A stretch of DNA of 62,813 nucleotides, filler included, from Malassezia furfur (Eukaryota): assembly GCA_052055015.1 (NCBI GenBank). It is 33 parts of 33 records of this genome, joined end to end, with 100 filler letters (N's around TTAATTAATTAA, not from the genome) between each part and the next. Parts side by side here need not be neighbours in the genome. Positions count along the whole stretch, not along the records: positions 32,968 to 34,759 come from JBQJIT010001046.1; positions 34,860 to 36,646 come from JBQJIT010001047.1; positions 36,747 to 38,531 come from JBQJIT010001048.1; positions 38,632 to 40,416 come from JBQJIT010001049.1; positions 40,517 to 42,300 come from JBQJIT010001050.1; positions 42,401 to 44,180 come from JBQJIT010001051.1; positions 44,281 to 46,056 come from JBQJIT010001052.1; 26 more parts are not named here. The stretch is one strand, 5' to 3'. The notes below the pieces were generated by a model. It did not search any database, had not been told where the DNA came from, and saw only the letters and a program-made list of their open reading frames with translations. Below, one piece after another: positions 34,193 to 45,225 of this stretch. Both the position numbers and the translations under genes were made by a program. Position 1 is the first letter of the stretch. Every line of letters starts with the position of its first letter.

Positions 34193-34759
34193 ATGCCGAT
34201 TTTGAACACGGTTGTGCGTCGCAGTGTGACGGCCGCGCGGCCATCGCTCGCCCGCTCGCTCCAGGTGTCTGCGCGCCACATGAAGGAGGAGGGCAACGGC
34301 AACTACATGGCCGGCGTGCCGATCCCGCGCTCCGGCGAGCGCTCGACGCGCGATCTGATCCGCGAGCAAGTCGACCGCGAGAGCGAGCCGACGCCCGTGT
34401 CGATCGTGAGCGATGCGCCGAGTATGTACTGTGCACACTGACCCAGACTCTCTCCACCAGCGTGTCGTGCGCATCTACCAGCCGGCGAAGCCCGCGACCA
34501 TGTCGGGCCGCGCCGGGACGAAGCACTGGCGTGTGGACTTTGACGTCCTACAGGGCTCGGGCCGCTGGGAGAGCCCGCTGATGGGCTGGGCCAGCACGTA
34601 CGTTGCACCACTGACGCAGTGCGGACTCGCAGCAGGCGCTGTACATGAAGTTTGATACGAAGGAGGACGCCGTGTTCTTCTGCCAGAAGCAGGGCTGGGA
34701 CTTTTTCATCCAGGAGCCGCACAAGGCGCACATCCCGCCGAAGCAGTACGCGAACAACT
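34193..34759 (+). CDS. Complex I subunit NDUFS4; introns at 34422-34446 (25 nt) and 34598-34619 (22 nt)
   Basis: Spliced product reads ...VSDAP|NSLHQRVVRIYQPAKPATMSG...GRWESPLMGWAST|ADSQQALYMKFDTKEDAVFFCQKQGW...KQYANN. It has a mitochondrial presequence. Confidence 0.95.
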
Positions 34760-34983
34760 NNNNNNNNNNNNNNNNNNNNNNNNNNNNNNNNNNNNNNNNN
34801 NNNTTAATTAATTAANNNNNNNNNNNNNNNNNNNNNNNNNNNNNNNNNNNNNNNNNNNNTGGTGCGAAGGCGGCTGACTCAGCCGCGGTGGGCACCGGCC
34901 ACGTGAAAGGCGCGGCGCGGGGCTGCCGCCCCACAGGGGCGCGGCCGTGCGCAGGCCGAAGCGGCGGTTCGCCGTCTTTCACC

Positions 34984-36182
34984 ATGTCGACCTCGCCGAC
35001 GTTCCGCGAGCCGTTCACGATCGATGTTGTTCTGCGTGCGCTGGACCGCGTGCCCTTCTCGCCGCCGTTCCTCGTGCTGCTGCCGCTGCTCACGCTGATG
35101 TGGGAGCTGCGCACGCTGTCGCCCGCGCACGTCGCGGCGTCGCTGCCGACGCTGCGCGGCTGGCACACGCTGCTGTGTGCGCAGCACAAGTGGGTGGGCC
35201 GCGCGATGCTGTTCATCGCCGCCAAGACGCTCTCGCGCTTCCTGTCGCGGCTCGCCGTTGTTCGCCGCGCGCCGATCCGCCCGTGTGGGAGCGCGACGTG
35301 GTGGTGGTCACCGGCGCCGCGACGGGCATCGGCAAGGCGGTGGTCGAGGAGCTCTCGCGGCGGTACCGCGCCAAGATTGCGGTGCTCGACATTGCGCAGC
35401 CGACGTATGCGCCGGCGGCGCCCGGCGCGCCGCCGATCCTGTTTGTGCGCACCGACGTGACGGAGCGCGCCTCGATCCACGCCGCGCACGAAAAGATCCG
35501 CGAGACGTTCGGCACCTCTCCGTCGCTCGTGGTGTCGTGTGCGGGCGTGGCGTTCGGCGGCCCGGTGCTGTCGGTGTCGCTGGACGCGGTGAACAAGATG
35601 ATGCAGATCAACGCGTTTGCCAACGTGCACCTCGCGCAGGAGTTTGTGCCGCACATGGTGCAGCAGAACCACGGGCACTACATGACGATCGCAAGCAGCG
35701 GCAGCTACTTTACGCCGCCGATGATGTCGAGCTACTGCATGAGCAAGGCGGCGGCGCTGGCGTTCCACGAGGAGCTGCGCAGCGAGCTGCGTGTGCTGTA
35801 CAAGGCGCCGCGCGTGCGCACGTCGATCGTGACGCCGACCAAGGTGCGCACGCTGCTGGGCGCGGGGCTCAAGGACACGGACAATGCGTTTATTGCGCCG
35901 ACGCTCGAGCCGATCCAGGTCGCGCGCGCGATGGTCGATGCGCTGAACAGCGGGCTGTCGCACTCGGTGTCGCAGCCGATGTCGACGAAGCTGCTGCCGT
36001 TTTCGCGCGCCATGCCCGACTGGTTCCGCGCGCTGATCGAAACGGTCGGCAAGACGGACCAGGCGGTGACGCCCGAGACGATGCGCGACGCGCTGCGCCA
36101 GGGCTACGGCAAGAACTGGGACACGAAGGACTTTGAGCGGCTCCTGGGCGAGATGGATGCGGCCTACCGGAAGGAGGACTAG
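34984..36182 (+). CDS. Membrane-anchored short-chain dehydrogenase/reductase, with a frameshift near 35256
   Basis: Hydrophobic N-terminus in one frame. WERDVVVVTGAATGIG, TDVT, INAFA and the catalytic YCMSK lie in another frame. Confidence 0.85.
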
Positions 36183-36264
36183 AGGGAGTCGGGGGGTGCC
36201 CCCGCGTGCCGTAGCTACGAAGGTGGAGAGGGTGTGTGTGCGAAGGTCGAGCCACGTGACGAAA

Positions 36265-36646
36265 ATGCGCCGCTTTTCGCGCAGCGACGCGCCTCGAATG
36301 CCGCGGGCTCGTGACCGCTGGGCGGCGTTCCACGCGGCGCACTTTGAGGACGCGGCGCGGCGGGCGTGGTTTGCGGCGCACCTCGTGCCGCGCGACGTGC
36401 ATACGCGTGAGGAGCTCGAGGACGCGTACACGGCGTGTGCGCCTGGCGAGAGCGACGCGGCGTGGCAGGCGCGGTACGGGCTCGTGCACCTCACGCCCGG
36501 CGCCGCGCGCGTGTTTGACCGGTCGCGGCGCTTCCGTGCGGCGCGTGCGGCCGCGGACGATGCGGTGCGTGCGCCGCGCGTGCGTGCGGACGAGGACCTC
36601 GCGGCGCTGCGTGCGCATGCGCTGCGGGGCCTGCGCGCCAAGCGGC
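36265..36646 (+). CDS. 5' end of an unidentified protein
   Basis: ATG at 36265 or 36298, downstream of CACGTGAC. WAAFHAAHFEDAARRAWFAAHL...ESDAAWQARYGLVHLTPG, with coding-like codons. Confidence 0.5.
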
Positions 36647-36746
36647 NNNNNNNNNNNNNNNNNNNNNNNNNNNNNNNNNNNNNNNNNNNNTTAATTAATT
36701 AANNNNNNNNNNNNNNNNNNNNNNNNNNNNNNNNNNNNNNNNNNNN

Positions 36747-38531
36747 GGCAGTGCACCAGCACGCGGCCGCCGCTCACGCGCGCGCGCTCGACGAACTCGA
36801 CCGCGTCGCACAGCGCGGTGCGCAGCGAGTCGGTGCCGTCGTCTGCGACGTTGTCGACGTTGTGCACCTCGATGAGGCCCGCGCGCCGCGCGGCCGCCAG
36901 CGAGTGCGGGTCGGTGTCGTCCTCGTCCGCGGCGCACTCGCCGACGCTCACGACGTGTGTGATGCCGAGCGCGTGCAGCAGGCGCGCGTTGCGTGCGTGG
37001 CCGAGGTTGCCGAGGTACAGGAACGGCAGGATGCGCGACGGCAGACTCCCGTCAAAGTGCGCGTCGTCGAGCCAGTCGTCGTGTGTGGCGGCGGGCGCGC
37101 CGTGGACGAGCGCCTCGACGGCGCGCAGCAGCTCGAGGTCGCGGCCGAACACGAAGAAGGGGCGCTCGGCGCGCAGCTGCAGCGCGAGGTAGGCCTGTGC
37201 GAGGCGCAGGCGCTGGGCGTACATCAGGTAGGCGAGCGCAAACACGGACGATTCAGTGTATCCGTCCGCGCAGCGGATCAGCGCGCGGCGCGCGATGCGG
37301 GGGTATCGGCAGTGGGCGGGCGAGACGTGTGCCTCGAGCCACGCACACAGCGTGAGCACATCGCGCGCGGCGCCGGCGACGTCGCCGGGGCGCAGCGGGT
37401 GCGGCGCGCCCGTCGGGCACTCGAGGTGCGCCGTCGGGACCTGGACGCGGCGGCCGAGCGCGACGTCGCGGTCGAACGCCGCGAAGCTCTCGGCGGCGGA
37501 GCGCAGGAACGCGGGCGTCGGCGGGTCGTTGCCCTCGAACGCCTCGAGCCCGATGGAGAAGGTCGGCGCGCCGACGTACGGCGCGTCCTGCGGCAGCGCA
37601 ATGTTCGGGCGGAAGTCGCGCGAGGGGCCCAGGTATACGTTGGTATCGATGCGCGACACGGACGCCATGCGGTACATCTCGTCCTGCTCGCGCTGCAGGA
37701 AGGGCACCGCGTTCCGCGGCTGCCCCTGCGCGTCGACGGCGACCAGCTCGGGGCACGCGCGCTCGAGCGCGTCGAACGGCTCGGTGAGCACAAACACGTT
37801 GTAGCGCAGGCCGCCGAGGCGCTCGACGAGGCGCTCGTGCCAGTACTGCTGCTGCGCGTACCGGAACGCGAGCGCGACGCTGCGCGCCGCATCCGTCAGG
37901 CCCGCGGGGCTGTACACCACGACGTCGGACACCATCGTGTAGTTGATGCTCTGCGCCTGGAAGTTGCGCGTGCTCACGCGCCGCGACGCGGGCTGGTGCC
38001 GGAAGCGCGCGTCGTGCGCGTCCACGGGCCCGCCGGCCGCCGGCACGTAGCGCAGCGTCTCCTCGGGCGCTTGCGACGAGAGCAGCAGCGCCCGCTGCGC
38101 CTGCGGCGCCCACGGCGGCTCCTCGTCGTTCTGCGCGGGCAGCTGCTTCGCGTGCGCCTCGAGCTCGTCGGGCACACGCACCACCGCCAGCCCGCGGTAC
38201 GCGGGCGCCGGCACGACGCCGGACGTGCTGAAGAAGCGCGTCTGCGCCGTGGGGCCGTGGTGCCCGCAGTACAGGTAGGGGAGCACGACCTCGTGCGGCA
38301 CATCGAGTGTGCTGTAGTCCGCGTACATCTTGGCGAACTGCGCCGCGTCCAGGGCGCGGACGGGCGGCGCACTCGCGAGCCGCACGGGCACCGCGTCGGT
38401 GCTCAGGTCGCTCGTGTCGATGGGGGGGTATATGTCGAGATCGGCGTGGTGCAGGCCCCACGCGGCCGTGTCGTTGGGGGCGCCGGGCGCCAGCGCGCCG
38501 CACCGCACGCCACGGGCGCCCACGGGGGGCG
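36747..38531 (-). CDS. PPS1: Pps1-like dual-specificity phosphatase (internal fragment)
   Basis: Degenerate first domain ALIRCADGYTESSVFALAYLM, then FDGSLPSRILPFLYLGNL...GITHVVSVGE...GGRVLVHC. Confidence 0.85.
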
Positions 38532-38631
38532 NNNNNNNNNNNNNNNNNNNNNNNNNNNNNNNNNNNNNNNNNNNNTTAATTAATTAANNNNNNNNNNNNN
38601 NNNNNNNNNNNNNNNNNNNNNNNNNNNNNNN

Positions 38632-38818
38632 GTGGCGGGGCCCGCGCGTCGCGACGCGGCGGCGCGTCGGGTGGCGGCGCATCCGGCGACGGCGCATCTA
38701 GCGGCGGCGCATCCGGCGGCGGTGCGCCGCGGTCTGTGCGCCAGGGAATCCACGAAGTCCTGGGCGCGGCCTCGGCCGGAGCGCCCGGCACATCGGTACG
38801 GGGCTTGGGACGGCTCAT
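38632..38818 (-). CDS. Possible 5' end of a protein with short Pro/Asp/Ala (PDAPP-like) repeats
   Basis: MSRPKPRTDVPG...WIPWRTDRGAPPPDAPPLDAPSPDAPPPDAPP, built from in-frame 15-nt repeats. Confidence 0.45.
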
Positions 38819-38970
38819 CACAAAGAAACTGGGAACGTGTGCGACACGTCGATGCAGCGACGAGCGCAGGCGGTGTGTTCTCGACCGCGGCCCACGTCGA
38901 AGAAGCCCGCAAGGACGGCGGGTCCCCACACCGTGACCGTGCGCATGCACGTGATCCTACGTGCCTATGG

Positions 38971-40416
38971 TTACACCCACACATTGTCCTGCAGCTCGGG
39001 GCCGACGCCCACGGCGTGCACGCGGAACCCGATCTCGCGCAGCTTCGTTGGATTGACGACGCGGCGGCCATCAAACACGACCGCGGGCTTGCGCATGATG
39101 TTGAAGACTTTGACCCAGTCAATCGCACTGAACTCGTCCCAGTCCGTGGCGATGACGACGGCCTCGGCGTCGTGGCACGCGTCCAGCACACTGGGGCACA
39201 CCGTGACCGCCTCCTCGACTGCATGTGAGCGCTGCGCGCATACGTACCCGCCTTGCGGTCGTCCGTCACCCCCGGCTCGGTGAGGTCGAGGAAGATTTGC
39301 TCGCGCTTCACCTTGGGGTCGTAGATGGCAATGTGCGCGCCCTCCTGACGGAAGTGCTTGCACAGCGTGATGGCCGGCGACTCGCGCTGCGTCAGTGCGG
39401 CGACCTACCGTATCGCCCGTATCCTTTTTGAACGCAAAGCCGAGCAGCGCCAGGCGCTTGGCCGTGACCGTGTTGAAGAGCGTCTGCACGACCTTTTTCG
39501 CAAAGCGCGCCTTGGAGAACTCGTTCATGACAATCACCTGGCGCCAGTACTCGGCGACCTCGGGCAAGCCCAGCGAGCCGCTCAGGTACACGAGGTTCAA
39601 AATGTCCTTTTGGAAGCAGCTCCCGCCGAAGCCCACACTCGCGCGCAAAAAGTGCGGCCCAATGCGCCGGTCGACGCCGCATGCGTCGGCCACCTCGTAC
39701 ACGTTGGCGCCCGTCGCCTCGCAGATCGCCGAGATGGCGTTGATCGAGGAAATGCGCTGCGCCAAGAGCGCGTTCGCCGCCTACACCGTCAGTAGACCCA
39801 CGTACCAGTTTGGTCAGCTCGCTGCTCCACAGCCCCGTACGCAGCACCCGTTCCTTGGGCACCCACCGCTCGTACACCTCGCTGAGCAGCTCGGCGGCGC
39901 GGTGGCCCTGCGCGGTGTCGAGGCTGCCGATCAGCACACGGTCGGGATGGAGCAGGTCCTGCACCGCCGTGCCCTCCGACAGAAACTCGGGGTTCGACAA
40001 GATCTGGAACGGCGTGCCCGGCTTGCTGTTCGCCTCGAGAATCGCGCGCATGGACGCTGCGGTGCGGCACGGCACCGTCGACTTCTCCACAATGATCTTG
40101 GGCGTCTGCGCGATGGACGCAATGCGCCGCGTGGACGCTTCGACGTAGCGCAGATCGGCCGCGAAGCCACTGCCGATGCCCGACGTCTTGGTCGGCGTGT
40201 TGACGCTCACAAACACAATCTGCGCCTCGTCGATGGCCTTGTCAATGTCCGTCGTGAAGAACAGGTTGCGACCGCGGCACTCGCCCACGATCGCCGCCAG
40301 ACCCGGCTCAAACACGGGCAGCTGCGTCAAGTCCTCTGAATTCCACGCGGCAATCCGCTCGGGGTTCACGTCGACGATCGTCACGACAATGTCGGGGCAC
40401 TGCTGCGCCAGCACCG
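38971..40416 (-). CDS. UGD1: UDP-glucose 6-dehydrogenase (5' truncated); introns at 39781-39805, 39387-39408 and 39219-39247
   Basis: [77 protein letters not shown]. Splicing the 25-, 22- and 29-nt introns restores the motifs. Confidence 0.97.
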
Positions 40417-40516
40417 NNNNNNNNNNNNNNNNNNNNNNNNNNNNNNNNNNNNNNNNNNNNTTAATTAATTAANNNNNNNNNNNNNNNNNNNNNNNNNNNN
40501 NNNNNNNNNNNNNNNN

Positions 40517-40931
40517 CGGGCGGGCGCACCGCCGCTCCGCCTGGCGCGGGCGGCGGCCGTGCGGCGCCAGATGCGGGTGCGTCAGGACGCGCCGAAAACG
40601 TGCTCGCATACGCGTTCATACCGGGCACCATCATCGGCGCCGGCGACGCGTGTGCGCCATCTGTCGGCATCCCAGGCAGCCGCGGCTGGCTGCCGACGAA
40701 CCGATTTGCGTGCATATCGCCAAGCATCGTGGTGTCCATCGGATTCACCGTGGGGGGCCGCTGGGCGTGGAAGGGGGCGCCCGGCATCGCGGCGGCGCCC
40801 GGCGCGCCCATCGCCGCGTACACGCCGGTCCCGAGGTTCGCCGTACTCGGGCTCGATGGATTATGTGCATCGGTCGATGCCGTGGCGTTCCACGGAGCGC
40901 CGCCGGTGTCATTCCCCGGCGCGCCGTACAT
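40517..40931 (-). CDS. 5' end of a Pro/Gly/Met-rich unidentified protein
   Basis: MYGAPGNDTGGAPWNA...PPTVNPMDTTML, open to the contig edge. Confidence 0.55.
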
Positions 40932-41098
40932 CGTCGCGATGAAACGCGGTGGCACTGACCGCGGAGGCGATCAGCGCAGGTCACGTGGTACGCGCGACGC
41001 GCGACGCCCGGGCGCTTGGACGGCGCGCGCGTGCAGGGGGTGAGGGGCCTCGCGGGGCGGCGCGCACACGCCTGGGGAATACGTGCGTAGCTACGAAA

Positions 41099-42168
41099 CT
41101 AGCTGCGCTGTGCACGGCGCTTGCGGGAGCGCATGCGCTTTTCATGTGCCTCACGCGCGGCGTGCAGGCTGCGCAGACCGTCCTGCCCGGCCTTACTCAG
41201 CACACCGAGAATCAGCTCGGCGACGCGCGGCGAGTCGTCGTTAGCAGGGATCGCGTATGTCACCGCACGGGGGTCGACGTCGGTGTCGACGATCGCCATC
41301 GTAGGGATATTGCACTGCGTCGCCTCGCGCAGTGCGTTGATGTTGTCCACCGGGTTCAGTACAATCACCAAGTCGGGCTGGTACAGCTGCGACGCAAGCT
41401 TGGCCGTGCTGGGCGCCTCCTCACCCTCACGGAGGTGCTCGGCATGCCGCGCGGCCGAGTGCTGGATCGCGGGCGCAAGCAACTTCGGCGCGTTGGTCAG
41501 CACACCGGGCACCCAGCGGTCGGTGCTCACGTGGAAGCCATTGTCGCCCAGCCGCGCGGCTGCGGCGCGCACCGCAGGCTGAAGTTCGGGGCGGGTGCCC
41601 ACAATGAGAATGATGCCGTCGTTCTCGGCGATGCCGCGCACAACGTGCACGGCACGACGGAGCGCGGGGAGCGTCGCGCGCTCCACGTCAATCACTGCCA
41701 TGCCGTGGCGCGTGCCGTACAGGTACGGCTCGTAGCTGCGCTGCACATGCGAGCGGGCGTGCCCGAGCTGCGCCGTGGCCGCAAGCAGATGCGACAGCGT
41801 AAGCTGGTGCGGCTCGAGCGCCTGTGTCCGCTGCTTGTACGGCCGGAACGACGAGGCGCGTGTCTGCGTGCTTGCCATGCCCGCGAGATCATCGACTGCA
41901 TGGTGAGTAGGGCGTACGTACGCATGGTGCGGCGCATCTTGCGCACAAGGCGCTCTGCTGCGCTCTCGGTGCCCTGTACGTCCGCCAGGGCGGCCGCGTG
42001 ACGCTGGCGCTGCGCTTCCTCGCGCGCAATCTTGGCGTCGGCATGCTCGATCTGGATCGGCTCCTCCGGAATGACAAAAGTATCGTGCGCCTCCGTTGTC
42101 ACTGTGCGAGCGCGCACGCGCGGCGCGGCGCGCAGCACGCTCCTTCGCACCGACGTCCACATGGACAT
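41099..42168 (-). CDS. MRP4: Mitochondrial ribosomal protein uS2m; 26-nt intron at 41896-41921
   Basis: Presequence MSMWTSVRRSVLRAAPR, then LLAATAQLGH...PYLYGTRHGMAVID, RWVPGVLTN, PDLVIVLNP, NIPTMAIVDTD..YAIPANDDS. Confidence 0.93.
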
Positions 42169-42400
42169 GCTTCGCAGAGTGGAAGGAGCACGTCGGCCGA
42201 ACTTCGGCCGAACCGCAGCGCGAAGAAAAAAGCCACGCGGGGCGGAAGCGAAGAAAAAACGCCCAGCAGTTCTGCTTTCCAGTTCCACGGAGCTTTTCAC
42301 NNNNNNNNNNNNNNNNNNNNNNNNNNNNNNNNNNNNNNNNNNNNTTAATTAATTAANNNNNNNNNNNNNNNNNNNNNNNNNNNNNNNNNNNNNNNNNNNN

Positions 42401-42622
42401 GACGCTGTCCGCGGGCGGCGGGTCGACGCGCGCGCCCGTCTCGATGCGGGCCGCCTCGTCGGCCGCGAGCGCCTGTGCGACGGTCGCGTTCACGCGCGCG
42501 GGGTCGATGCCCTCGAGCTGCGCATGCAGCGCGTCCTGCTCGGCGGGCGCGAGCGTGTCGTAGAACGCAAACACGTGCTCCTGGCCCGCGGCCGCATACT
42601 TCGCGCGAAGGTCCTCGGACAT
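42401..42622 (-). CDS. QRI1: UDP-N-acetylglucosamine pyrophosphorylase, 5' end
   Basis: MSEDLRAKYAAAGQEHVFAFYDTL...LHAQLEGIDPARVN matches the UAP1/Qri1 N-terminus. Confidence 0.8.
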
Positions 42623-42687
42623 GGTGGTTCGTTCGGTGCACGTGCCCGGGGTGGAGGCGGCGGCTACAGGGGGGGCCACACGAAGTT

Positions 42688-43866
42688 CTACGAGAGCGTC
42701 GCGCCGACAAACGTCGCGGCAAAGCACGGGCCCTGCGCGGTGCGCAGCGCGCGCGGCGCCTTGTCGCCGTCGGGCGCGTCGGGCAGCGGGCCGTACCACG
42801 CGGCGGTGCGGTCGTCCGTCGTGCAGTAGTTCGGCTGGATCGCCTCAAAGATCTTCTTCTTGGGGTTCAGCTGCTCGAGCGGCGCGAGGTGCTCGTAGCC
42901 CTCGACGTAGATGCGCTCGCCGAGCGGCGCGTCCGCGGGCGGCTGCACGGGCTCGATGCCGTGCTCCTTGCCGTCCTTGTGCGTCGCACAGAGCAGCATG
43001 CCGTAGCTCTTGATGCCGCGCATCGCGACCGGCTTCAGGTTGCAGATGCCGACCACGCGGCGGTCGCGCATCTCGTCGATCGGCACGTAGTGCACGAGGC
43101 CCGAGAGGATCGTGCGCGGGCCGTCCGGCTCGCCAAAGTCGACCTTTTCGAGGTACAGCGCGTCCGCGTCGGGATGGCGCTGGATGTCGACGATGCGGCC
43201 GACGCGCATGTCGACCATGCTCGGCAGCGGCCCCGTCTCGGGGGCGACGGGCGGCGCGCCGCCCTTTTGCTTCGGCGCCTTGGGCTCCTTGGCCTTTTTC
43301 GGCGCAGCAGCGGCGGCGGCCTGCTGCGGCGCGTCGTCCTTCTTCTCCTGCTTCTCCTTCTTGTCCTTCTTGTCCTTCTTCTCCTTCGCCGGCGCCGCGC
43401 GCTCGATGCGCGGGAACCCGTCGAACGCCGGCTCGAACGCGGTCACGGGCGGGTCGAGCTGCGCGCCCGCCGCGAGGTGCGACATGTGCGAGAAGTAGCG
43501 CACGAGCGACGGGTGCGCATGCTGCGCGGCGGGCGGCAGCGTCGACACGACGTCGTACAGCGACGCGAACAGCGAGTAGTCCGCGGCGGTCGGCGCGTTG
43601 CCCACGAGGAACGTGCGCGAGGCGAGCGCGCGGTCGAGCGTCTCGAGCGAGCCGTTCATCCCGTCGACCTCGTCGAGCCAGCGGTCCGTCTCGGAGCGCT
43701 CGGCGTCGCTCGCGCCGAGCACGCGCTCGGGCGCGTCGGTGAGCGCCGCGAGGTCGTGCGCATAGGCGCGCAGCGGCGCATTCGCATTCAGCGCGCCCAC
43801 CGCGGCGCCCTCACGCACCGCGCGCGCGTACACATCCACCAGCAGCTGCCTTGCTCGTTGCGCCAT
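42688..43866 (-). CDS. ARC1: Aminoacyl-tRNA synthetase cofactor Arc1 (GST-like domain, Lys-rich linker, OB-fold tRNA-binding domain)
   Basis: RTFLVGNAPTAADY, DMRVGRIV..HPDADALYLEKVDFGE..PRTILSGL, CNLKPVAMRGIKSYGMLLCA, LNPKKKIFE. Confidence 0.95.
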   Translation of the reverse strand: MAQRARQLLVDVYARAVREGAAVGALNANAPLRAYAHDLAALTDAPERVLGASDAERSETDRWLDEVDGMNGSLETLDRALASRTFLVGNAPTAADYSLFASLYDVVSTLPPAAQHAHPSLVRYFSHMSHLAAGAQLDPPVTAFEPAFDGFPRIERAAPAKEKKDKKDKKEKQEKKDDAPQQAAAAAAPKKAKEPKAPKQKGGAPPVAPETGPLPSMVDMRVGRIVDIQRHPDADALYLEKVDFGEPDGPRTILSGLVHYVPIDEMRDRRVVGICNLKPVAMRGIKSYGMLLCATHKDGKEHGIEPVQPPADAPLGERIYVEGYEHLAPLEQLNPKKKIFEAIQPNYCTTDDRTAAWYGPLPDAPDGDKAPRALRTAQGPCFAATFVGATLS

Positions 43867-43928
43867 GGCCGTCTAACGACAGGAGGGGGCGAGGAGGGTG
43901 CGTTTTGTGACTCGGCCGAACTCGACTT

Positions 43929-44180
43929 CTACGACTCCAGCTCAAACATGGTATCGTCCGCGTCGTCGCGCGCGGGCAGCAGCGCGGGCGACGCGGGGTA
44001 CGTGGGGTACGCGCGCGCACGCCGCCGCTCGTCGGGGCGCGCGCCAAACGACACGCCCAGCGAGCGCTCGCCGACCGCGCCGGGCGGGCTCACACTCGTC
44101 GGCGAGCCGACGTCCGCCAGGAACGGCGACGCGTCGTGCACGCTGTGCGGAGCGCCGCCGAGCCGACCGGGCACCGGCAC
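43929..44180 (-). CDS. 3' end of an unidentified protein
   Basis: Frame open from the contig edge, ending DDADDTMFELES*. Confidence 0.55.
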   Translation of the reverse strand: MPVPGRLGGAPHSVHDASPFLADVGSPTSVSPPGAVGERSLGVSFGARPDERRRARAYPTYPASPALLPARDDADDTMFELES

Positions 44181-44281
44181 NNNNNNNNNNNNNNNNNNNN
44201 NNNNNNNNNNNNNNNNNNNNNNNNTTAATTAATTAANNNNNNNNNNNNNNNNNNNNNNNNNNNNNNNNNNNNNNNNNNNNG

Positions 44282-45187
44282 GCCATCTCGACGCGCGCGG
44301 CCGTGGACCGCTCCAAGAACCCCGGCGAGTCGATGATCAAGGCCGTGACCAAGGTGCTGGCCGCCGAGGGTGTGCGGGGCCTGTACGACGGCCTGAGCTC
44401 GTCGCTGCTGGGCATTGGAGTGAGCAACTTTGTATACTACTTCTTCTTTGAAGCGACGCGCGACTTTATCATCACGTCGAAGCGCCTGGCGACGTCGACG
44501 TCGGCGGCGCTCGGCACGCTGACCACCGCCGAGAGCATCGTCGCGGGGATGCTCGCCGGCACGGCCACGGCGCTGGTGAGCAACCCCATCTGGGTGGTCA
44601 ACACGCGCCAGACGGTGCGTGCGACGGTCGAGCCGCCGCCGGAGGAGGCGCGCGCGCAGCCGGACGGCAAGCCGGCGCCCAAGAAGGTGGTCAAGCGTCT
44701 GTCGTTCCTGGCGACGCTGCGCCGCATCGTCGAGCAGGACGGTGTCGCGGCGCTGTGGAAGGGCATCGGCCCCGCGCTGGTGCTTGTCATCAACCCGGTG
44801 CTGCAGTACACCGTGTTTGAGCAGCTCAAGGCGTGGATGCTGCGTGCGCGCGCCGCGAAGCGTGCGCCGGCGAGCACGCGGCCGCTGCTGAACGACCTCG
44901 ACTTCTTCTGGCTCGGTGCGCTGAGCAAGCTCGTGGCCACCGCGGTGACGTACCCCCAGATCGTCATCAAGTCGCGGCAGCAGGCGATGAGCAACGAGGC
45001 GTCCAAGGGCCGCAAGAAGGTCAACGTCGTCACCGCCATGACCGAGGTCATCCACGAGGAGGGCGTCGGCGGCCTGTACCGCGGCATCTCGTCCAAGCTG
45101 CTGCAGTCGATCCTCACGGCGGCGATTCTGTTTGCGTCGAAGGAGCGCATCTACCTGCTGACCAAGGCGCTGCTCGCCCAGGCGTAG
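44282..45187 (+). CDS. Peroxisomal mitochondrial-carrier-family transporter (PMP47/SLC25A17-like), 5' truncated
   Basis: EGVRGLYDGL, SNFVYYFFFE, NPIWVVNTR, LWKGIGPALVLVINPVLQYTVFEQLK, TYPQIVIKSR, GISSKLLQSILTAA. Confidence 0.9.
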   Translation, partial: AISTRAAVDRSKNPGESMIKAVTKVLAAEGVRGLYDGLSSSLLGIGVSNFVYYFFFEATRDFIITSKRLATSTSAALGTLTTAESIVAGMLAGTATALVSNPIWVVNTRQTVRATVEPPPEEARAQPDGKPAPKKVVKRLSFLATLRRIVEQDGVAALWKGIGPALVLVINPVLQYTVFEQLKAWMLRARAAKRAPASTRPLLNDLDFFWLGALSKLVATAVTYPQIVIKSRQQAMSNEASKGRKKVNVVTAMTEVIHEEGVGGLYRGISSKLLQSILTAAILFASKERIYLLTKALLAQA

Positions 45188-45225
45188 TGTACGTAGCCGC
45201 ATCCCCACCCCGCCTTGGCCGTGCG

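Noticed and set aside
43932..43946. C-terminal FELES as a TOS (Raptor-binding) motif
   Set aside because: The last position does not fit, the protein is unidentified, and KOG1 co-occurrence is coincidental.
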